NCBI GenBank assembly: GCA_965212015.1
Contig: OZ243037.1
Span: 512,001 to 576,000 of the forward strand
DNA: 64,000 bases
Origin: Cenarchaeum sp.
Lineage (GTDB): Archaea > Thermoproteota > Nitrososphaeria > Nitrososphaerales > Nitrosopumilaceae
Direction: 5' to 3'
This document shows positions 57,615-64,000 of the stretch, piece by piece. Position 1 is the stretch's first letter, and every line of letters begins with the position of its first letter. The notes beneath the pieces were generated by a model. It did no database searches, was not told the origin of the DNA, and saw only the letters and a program-made list of their open reading frames with translations. A program made the translations under genes and the position numbers.

Positions 57615-58567
57615 ACACAATAGAAACACAATGTTGCCCTGAATGCCAGTCCACGCTAGTGGACGACGTTCAGAACGGCGAAGTGATATGTTCGGGCTGC
57701 GGCGTAGTCGTGGCAGAACAGATGGAGGACTATGGTCCCGAATCCAAGGGTTCCAGCCTCGAAGACAAGATGAAGCTGGCGCGGGCGACCGGCCAGACGA
57801 CGTATTCGCAGCACGATCTCGGGATAGCGACGGAAATCTCCATCACTACAAAAGACTTTAGCGGAAAATCCATCAATTCAGAGATGTCAAACCAGATGAA
57901 CAACCTTAGAAAGTGGCAGCAGCGAGTCAGGGTCTCCTCCCCAAGGGAGAGAAGGCTGGTAAACGTGCTCACAAAGATAAAGGACACGTGCCAGAGCCTG
58001 TCGCTGCCAAAAAACGTGCTAGAGACCGCATCGATGATCTACCGGAGCCTTGACGGCAAGGTAGAGGTGAAAGGCAAGTCGATAGTGAGCATCTCCTCGG
58101 CAGTCATATACATGGCATGCAAGCAGTGCGACGTGGTAAGATCCCTCGAGGAGATCTGCGCCGGAATCTGCCCTGCAAAGGATCTAAAGGCAAAGACAAA
58201 GCTTTCCGCAAAGTACTATCGGGTGATGGTAATGGAGATGGGATCCGCAGTGGCGCCAGTCGTCACGATGGACAAGTACATCTCCAAGATTGCAAACAAG
58301 ACAAGGACCGATGTGCGAGTCGAAAGGCTGGCACTAGAGATTGCAGAAAAGACCAAAAACAACGTCATGGCAGGCGGCAAGGCTCCAAACGGGATTGCGG
58401 CGGCATACCTGTATGTCTCCTCGATTCTGCTAGGAAAAAACGTCCTGCAGCGCGATGTCTCAGACATCGCCGGCGTTACAGAGGTAACCATCCGGAACAG
58501 GTGCAAGGAGATCCTGACGTGCTACAAGCTCAAAGTCACCCTCAGGCCATCACTAGCCAAACACTAA
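57611..58567 (+). CDS. tfb: Transcription initiation factor IIB
   Basis: CPEC..CSGCG zinc ribbon, LRKWQ, two cyclin repeats, VTEVTIRNR. Confidence 0.96.
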   Translation: MNTIETQCCPECQSTLVDDVQNGEVICSGCGVVVAEQMEDYGPESKGSSLEDKMKLARATGQTTYSQHDLGIATEISITTKDFSGKSINSEMSNQMNNLRKWQQRVRVSSPRERRLVNVLTKIKDTCQSLSLPKNVLETASMIYRSLDGKVEVKGKSIVSISSAVIYMACKQCDVVRSLEEICAGICPAKDLKAKTKLSAKYYRVMVMEMGSAVAPVVTMDKYISKIANKTRTDVRVERLALEIAEKTKNNVMAGGKAPNGIAAAYLYVSSILLGKNVLQRDVSDIAGVTEVTIRNRCKEILTCYKLKVTLRPSLAKH

Positions 58568-58573
58568 CCCCTC

Positions 58574-58582
58574 TTTTTTTTT
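58574..58582 (+). terminator. Oligo-T archaeal terminator candidate
   Basis: T9 immediately after the tfb stop. Confidence 0.45.
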
Positions 58583-58654
58583 ATCATTCCATGAAACACT
58601 TAGGATCAGCTAAAATCCGTCTGTGTTATATATAGAAAAAAACCCCACACCGCC

Positions 58655-59425
58655 ATGGCCGTACTCGAGATAAGGGATCTTTGCGCCTCAAGGGACGGCA
58701 AGGAGATTCTCAAGGGGGTAAACCTAAAGACCGGCCCCGGCGAGGTCCACGCAATCATGGGGCCAAACGGCTCGGGGAAAAGCACGCTTGCATACACGCT
58801 GCTTGCGCACCCAAAGTACGAGGTCACCTCCGGCGACATACTGCTTGACGGGGAGAGCATCCTGGGGCTTACGGCAGACCAGAGGGCAAGAAAGGGCCTG
58901 TTTCTGGGATTCCAGTACCCCACAGAGGTGTCAGGCGTGGGATTTTCACATTTTCTCAGGACATCGTATAACGCGCTGAGCAAGGCGCTTCAGGGGGCCG
59001 ACAGGGAGGTGTTCATTACGGTGAGGGAGTTTCAGAAATACCTCAAGGAAAACCTGCAGCAAGTCGGGCTAAAAGACGAGTTTCTCTCAAGATACCTAAA
59101 CGAGGGGTTTTCAGGCGGCGAGAAAAAGCGCTCAGAGGTCCTGCAGATGGCCGTGCTAAAGCCAAAGATATCCATACTAGACGAGCCGGACTCTGGGCTG
59201 GACGTGGACGCAGTGCAGTCAGTCGCAAGGGCGATAAGCGAGGTGTCCGGAAAGGATTCCACCGTGGTTGTAATCACCCACTATGCGCGGATATTAAAAT
59301 TCCTAAAAAAGCTCGATTACGTGCACGTCTTTGCAGACGGCAGGGTCATCAAGAGCGGCGGCGCATCGCTTGCCGACGAGCTAGACGCGCAGGGCTATGA
59401 GGCAGTAATCAAAGAGTCCGGATAG
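58655..59425 (+). CDS. sufC: Fe-S cluster assembly ATPase SufC
   Basis: MGPNGSGKST, FQYP, NEGFSGGEKKR, LDEPDSGLD and ITHY motifs. Confidence 0.96.
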   Translation: MAVLEIRDLCASRDGKEILKGVNLKTGPGEVHAIMGPNGSGKSTLAYTLLAHPKYEVTSGDILLDGESILGLTADQRARKGLFLGFQYPTEVSGVGFSHFLRTSYNALSKALQGADREVFITVREFQKYLKENLQQVGLKDEFLSRYLNEGFSGGEKKRSEVLQMAVLKPKISILDEPDSGLDVDAVQSVARAISEVSGKDSTVVVITHYARILKFLKKLDYVHVFADGRVIKSGGASLADELDAQGYEAVIKESG

Positions 59426-59427
59426 GA

Positions 59428-60215
59428 CTAGGTTTTATTCGCGTTCTCTGATTTCAGCTCTAGCATTACTTCCCTAAACACCGAAGAGATTTCCGGATCA
59501 GTCTCTGTTTTGTCGGCCCCCTCCGGCATCAGTATTGCCTCCTTTATCCCGCCCAGGCCGCAAAGCGATATTGCCTTGAAGCAGATGGCAGGCGCAGTGC
59601 CGGGTTTTATCGCCAGCGCCTCATCAAAGAGCTGTATGGCCATTTCAAATCTCTGCAGTTGGTTTAGGCTGGCGCCCTCTTGCTCAAGTACAAACACATC
59701 ATTCGGGTTTTTCACCAGGATTTCCTCGCACGCATCGAATATCCATCGGTCTTTGCAGCTTGGAGAGTATCAGTATCTTGTCGTGTGTGGCGTCAATAAA
59801 ATCCGGCTTTATTTCCAGCGACCCCTCACAGCACTCTAGGGCCTCTTCAAGCAGCTTTTTGCTCGGATTTTTTGAATAATAGCCGTAAAACATCGCACCC
59901 ATGTCGTAAAGGATTATGTGGTTGCCAGGATATAGCGCTGCAATGGTTTTAAGGGCGTCGATGGCCCTTATGAACTGCTTTGCATCTGCAAACATCCGGG
60001 CCCAGATGTACAGCTCTAACAGGTCAATGCCGCTTGTCTCCAAAAAGCGCTGCGTGACGGGGTCGGATCCCCCGGCACGCCGGCACGCCATGTCCATGCT
60101 CACCATGACAGGTATGACATCCGGCTCGATTTTGAGCACCATGTTATAGTATTTTACCGCCTCTGCGTATTTGAGATCAAATAGCCTGTCTGCCTTTGCA
60201 TTTTCATGAACCGCC
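59428..60215 (-). pseudogene. Frameshifted TPR protein
   Basis: TPRs in ORF 59699-60511 continue in another frame as IFDACEEILVKNPND..FDEALAIKPG (ORF 59428-59715). Frameshift near 59740; 5' end unclear. Confidence 0.7.
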
Positions 60216-60525
60216 TGTAGGACAATGAATCGGGTTGTCGTACACGCATAAAATCTTTGGGCGCGTGCCGGCAACAGGCCGGATTCGGGAGGCGTTTGGA
60301 TTATGCGCCGGGTCCGGCCGATGTCGTACGGCGCCGGGCAAGTCACGGCGCGAGTGCCCGTCACGGCGGGATCAAAAACATCATATTTGAAGCGCCGGTA
60401 GCCTGTCGTGGAAGGAAGCAAGGTGATATTCGGCCTGGGCGTGGGCTCTGCTGTGGTTCTTGCCGTGTTTAGCCTGTTTATGGCAGTTAGGTAGAGATAA
60501 ATGCAAAACATGCGGGACTTGACGC

Positions 60526-60846
60526 ATGTCAGAGATAAACGAGTTCAGGGTACAGCAGATTATAGACAACGGGAGGATGGTGCAGCTTTCGCTAGTCGAG
60601 AACGTAAACACAGAGCCGATATCGCAAAAACAGATGATAAAGGAGAACGTTGCAAAGACGCTAGACTCAGACACCAAGGATCAGGTAATGCCGCTGCTAA
60701 ACGCAATCCTGCAGGCCCAGCCGACAATCAAGGTAAAGAGCTACCAGCAGACTGCGATAAACATAACCATGCCAAAGAACAGGTATGAAAAGATGGGCCA
60801 TCCCCAGGTGGGGCAGATAGTCGAGATCGACCTCAAGACAAAATAG
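60526..60846 (+). CDS. Conserved small protein, arcadin-1-like
   Basis: Clean 106-aa ORF; VMPLLNAILQAQP and G.PQVGQIVEIDL resemble crenarchaeal arcadin-1 as recalled (not verified). Confidence 0.6.
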   Translation: MSEINEFRVQQIIDNGRMVQLSLVENVNTEPISQKQMIKENVAKTLDSDTKDQVMPLLNAILQAQPTIKVKSYQQTAINITMPKNRYEKMGHPQVGQIVEIDLKTK

Positions 60847-60873
60847 CCCGCCGCGGGTTTTATGGGGCACGCA

Positions 60874-62901
60874 TCATAGCAGTGCCTCGACTTGGGCCAC
60901 AGTCCCCAGCGCAGTGGAGCACGAAAAATCCCTGCATACAAACGCAGTCTCTGCATCTGCAAAGCTCTTGCCTGCAAAAAACGCAAGCGACGACAGCGAG
61001 TCGAGCTGTGCGGGACTGTTTACCGTGACCAGGATGGATTCGGGAATGAATCTCTGCGAGAGTGATCTTGCAATTGGCCCGCCTGCGCCAAGGACCGTAA
61101 TCTCTACGGGCTTTTGCACGTACATATAGATCGCATTTAGCATGTGCCCGAACGCAAACGGGTTTTCGGCTGCGGACTGTGCCTGCGACTCCATCGCCTG
61201 TACGGACACCTCAAGGAACCTTGCGTCCTGCGTGAGGTGGAATAATCGCAGCAGCAAGGAGGCTGCGACTGAGTTTCCAGACGGCATCGACAGGTCGTGG
61301 CGGCTCCTTGGCCGGACTATCAGGCTTTCATAGTCATCGGCGGTCATGAAAAAACTCTTGCTCTCAGGATCCCAGAAATGATCCACAATGTACGATCCGA
61401 GCGCCTGCGCCCCCTGCAGGTATCTTCTTTCGGGGTCTGCCTCAAAGACGTCAAGCAGCGCGCTTGCATAGTATGCATAATCCTCAAGATAGCCGCGTAT
61501 CTTTGCCTGCCCGTCTTTGTATATGCGCAGCATTGCGCCGTCATGCAGGCGCGATTCTATAAACTCGACGCATCTTTTGGCGGCGTCAAGAAAGCCGGAA
61601 TCACCCGACACGCGGTGGCCCTTTGCAAGCGCAGTTATCATTAGCGCGTTCCACGACGTTATTATCTTGTCATCAAGGCCCGGGGGCGCCCTCTTTGAGC
61701 GCGCCTCGAGCAGCTTGCCTGCGCACCGCCCCAGCAGCTCGTCGAGCTCGTCGCCGGATTTTCCGCACTGGAACTCTACTGCGGAGCGGCGCACATTGTT
61801 GCACAGGATTGATCTTCCCTCCCAGTTTCCGCCGTCAGTCACGTCATAGTACAGGCAGAACGCGTCTGCATCTGCGCCGAGTATGTCCCTGATCTCGCCC
61901 TTTGTCCAGACATAAAACGTCCCCTCACCGCCTTCAGAGTCGGCATCCTGCGCCGAATAAAAGCCGCCCTCAGGCGACGTCATCTCGCCGAGCACGTAAT
62001 TGAGCGTCTTTTCCATTATTTTGAGGTGGAAGGGATCCCTTGTTATCTGGAACGCCTCGGCATAGCACACCGACATTAGCGCATTGTCGTACAGCATCTT
62101 TTCAAAGTGCGGGACCAGCCATGCTGCGTCAGTCGAATAGCGGTGAAAGCCCCCGCCTATCTGATCAAATATCCCGCCCTTTGCCATCCTTACCAGCGTC
62201 TTTAGCGCAAACTCTGAGAACTTTGAGATTCCCGAGATTTTCGCGTACCGGAACAAAAAGGAAATGTTCGCAGAGCTTGGAAACTTTGGCGCCCGCCCGA
62301 ATCCGCCGTACGTGGCATCCCCCATCTGCAGCAGGTTCACTGCGGCCTCGTCAAGCACTATTCTCTCCAGCTTTGAGGGGACGGTCCGGGCCGGCATCTG
62401 CAGCGACGCGACGAATTTCTGCGCGGATTTTTTTATGTCGTCGGGCTTTTCTGCCCACGCCTGTGCAAGCTGCCGCAGTATGCTGCCAAATCCGGGCCTC
62501 CCGTACGAATCCAGGACGGGAAAGTATGTCCCCACGTAAAACGGCCTCTGATCCGGCGTCAGAAAGACGCTGAGCGGCCACCCGCCCTGTCCGGTGGACA
62601 GCTGGCAGGACTGTTGGTAAATGTCGTCAATGTCGGGCCGCTCCTCGCGGTCGACCTTTATGTTGATAAAGTTCTCGTTCATTATCTTTGCAACGTCCTC
62701 GTTCTCAAAGGACTCGTGCGCCATCACGTGGCACCAGTGGCACGAGCTGTACCCTATGCTCAGAAAAATCGGCATGTTCTGGCTGCGCGCCTTTTGCAGC
62801 GCCTCGTCGTTCCAGGCGTGCCACTGCACGGGATTGCCGGCATGCTGCAGTAGGTACGGGCTTGTCTCACGTGCAAGGCTGTTTTGTGCCACGGCATCCA
62901 A
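60874..62901 (-). CDS. Thioredoxin-domain (DUF255/YyaL/SSP411-like) protein
   Basis: [34 protein letters not shown] and [11 protein letters not shown] motifs. Confidence 0.95.
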   Translation of the reverse strand: MDAVAQNSLARETSPYLLQHAGNPVQWHAWNDEALQKARSQNMPIFLSIGYSSCHWCHVMAHESFENEDVAKIMNENFINIKVDREERPDIDDIYQQSCQLSTGQGGWPLSVFLTPDQRPFYVGTYFPVLDSYGRPGFGSILRQLAQAWAEKPDDIKKSAQKFVASLQMPARTVPSKLERIVLDEAAVNLLQMGDATYGGFGRAPKFPSSANISFLFRYAKISGISKFSEFALKTLVRMAKGGIFDQIGGGFHRYSTDAAWLVPHFEKMLYDNALMSVCYAEAFQITRDPFHLKIMEKTLNYVLGEMTSPEGGFYSAQDADSEGGEGTFYVWTKGEIRDILGADADAFCLYYDVTDGGNWEGRSILCNNVRRSAVEFQCGKSGDELDELLGRCAGKLLEARSKRAPPGLDDKIITSWNALMITALAKGHRVSGDSGFLDAAKRCVEFIESRLHDGAMLRIYKDGQAKIRGYLEDYAYYASALLDVFEADPERRYLQGAQALGSYIVDHFWDPESKSFFMTADDYESLIVRPRSRHDLSMPSGNSVAASLLLRLFHLTQDARFLEVSVQAMESQAQSAAENPFAFGHMLNAIYMYVQKPVEITVLGAGGPIARSLSQRFIPESILVTVNSPAQLDSLSSLAFFAGKSFADAETAFVCRDFSCSTALGTVAQVEALL

Positions 62902-63009
62902 GGTTGTAATCGGTATTTATCTACTTGCCGGCCACCTGGCGGCTGGAAATTCCAGAATCTGCACGCACACGGGTTTGAGTATTGTCCAAGATTGGCAGGC
63001 GATCAGAAA

Positions 63010-63264
63010 TTATTTTGACTTTTCAAGAATGGTCTTGATTGCCTCGACATTTTTTGTCAAACTGTCTATTTTTTCACAATTTTGCAGTGTATTTGCTTTG
63101 ATGGTGCTAATGTCACCCCTCATTGTGTTAATGTCACCCCTCATTGTGTTAATGTCATCCCTCATCGTTTTTATGCTAATATTATTATTTTGTATTTCCA
63201 CATTTAACGAGTCAAATTTGGTATTTAAACCATCAAATCCATCCCGAATTAGTTTGTCATCCAT
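63010..63264 (-). CDS. 84-aa coiled-coil protein with heptad tandem repeat
   Basis: DINTMRG heptads; low GC; TTTATAAA upstream. Confidence 0.65.
   Translation of the reverse strand: MDDKLIRDGFDGLNTKFDSLNVEIQNNNISIKTMRDDINTMRGDINTMRGDISTIKANTLQNCEKIDSLTKNVEAIKTILEKSK
63108..63170. repeat. 21-bp tandem repeat x3
   Basis: TAATGTCACCCCTCATTGTGT x2 plus TAATGTCATCCCTCATCGTTT. Confidence 0.9.
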
Positions 63265-63336
63265 TCCAATTACAACTATTGGAATGCAGATTTATAAATC
63301 TATTTGAACTGGCTTTGTAAGAGGTCACATTCCACC

Positions 63337-63399
63337 GCAATTAGGCGCAAATTTTGCATCATGTCTGTCTTTTAGGCAAGACAGGTGGTGGCCTAATAC
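63337..63399. mobile_element. MITE-like element, second copy
   Basis: GCAATTAGGC...GCCTAATAC ends, internal hairpin CTGTCTT-TTAGGC-AAGACAG, core matches 49247-49297. Confidence 0.5.
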
Positions 63400-63638
63400 C
63401 TGGCTTTGGCAGTTATCTTGTCACCAGCAGGGCATTTCCCAGCTCAAACGGTCTGATTGTACGTCTTGCTGCAAGCGCAGCTCCGGCCAAAATCCGAGAT
63501 TAATTCAGGGCAGGCAGATTGCCGGACGTGTGCAAAGACGGCGGCCGGGGGCAAAAAAATGCACAAGTATTGCAGCTGTAATGCGGAATCAGGGCGCGAA
63601 CACACGGCATAATGCAGGCGCACCCGTACGGCGTGATG

Positions 63639-63866
63639 TCACATCCGCCGCCCCTCTTCTGCCTCGTATATGGCCGTGTTAATCTTTGCCAAAAGCTTTG
63701 TCTTGGATCTCTGGGCTTTTTTGCTGTGCGTATAGTCCTTTTTTTCAACCAGCACCTGGAGCCTCTTTAGCTGCTGCAAGTCCAGCGTGCGCAGCCCGCG
63801 CTTTGAGACAGTGCCGAGGAGCCCGACGCGCTCCTTGTCCTCAGAGGTGAGCTTGTAATCCATCAC
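63639..63866 (-). CDS. Small basic hypothetical protein (75 aa)
   Basis: Typical host codon usage and helical basic sequence. Confidence 0.75.
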   Translation of the reverse strand: MMDYKLTSEDKERVGLLGTVSKRGLRTLDLQQLKRLQVLVEKKDYTHSKKAQRSKTKLLAKINTAIYEAEEGRRM

Positions 63867-63889
63867 TACAGATGCTGCGCGTCCAATCT

Positions 63890-64000
63890 TTAATCCTTAT
63901 GCGCCACCGAGGCCGTGCGGTTTTTCACATCAAAGAGCTCAAGTGTCAGCAGGTCTATGGCCTTTTTGAGGTGCTCAAACTCGTTTACCGAGTGTATCTG
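63890..64000 (-). CDS. Partial hypothetical protein (C-terminus only)
   Basis: Open frame from the window edge: QIHSVNEFEHLKKAIDLLTLELFDVKNRTASVAHKD*. Confidence 0.6.
   Translation of the reverse strand, partial: QIHSVNEFEHLKKAIDLLTLELFDVKNRTASVAHKD

Noticed and set aside
58655-59425. sufC without adjacent sufB/sufD as a novelty
   Set aside because: Split suf genes are, to my knowledge, usual in this lineage, and the partners may lie outside the window.
63108-63170. CRISPR-like repeats
   Set aside because: Head-to-tail 21-bp coding repeats without spacers.

Overview
Window from a GC-rich Nitrososphaerota (Thaumarchaeota) genome, Nitrosopumilaceae-like. The assignment rests on srp19-gar1-tfb-sufC synteny, archaeal ArgS/TrmI/DRG, and sir-rhodanese-thi4. 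A host-associated (e.g. sponge-symbiont) lifestyle is inferred only from the giant surface proteins and gene decay. The first 41.5 kb hold four co-oriented minus-strand giant secreted proteins (>2615 aa partial, 5168, 1476, ~3455 aa). They are built from beta-propeller, Ig-like, SwmB-like and cadherin-like modules and are interrupted by trmI and a decayed IS66. Two of them share near-identical DNA modules, two share an uncharacterised C-terminal domain, and the largest has a G12 tract between its putative TATA box and start codon. The rest of the window is core genes plus a histone-H1-like basic protein, a collagen-like protein, an arcadin-1-like protein, two repeat-bracketed toxin-antitoxin remnants with broken toxins, MITE-like IS66 derivatives and several pseudogenes. 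Family names come from motif recognition, not database searches.
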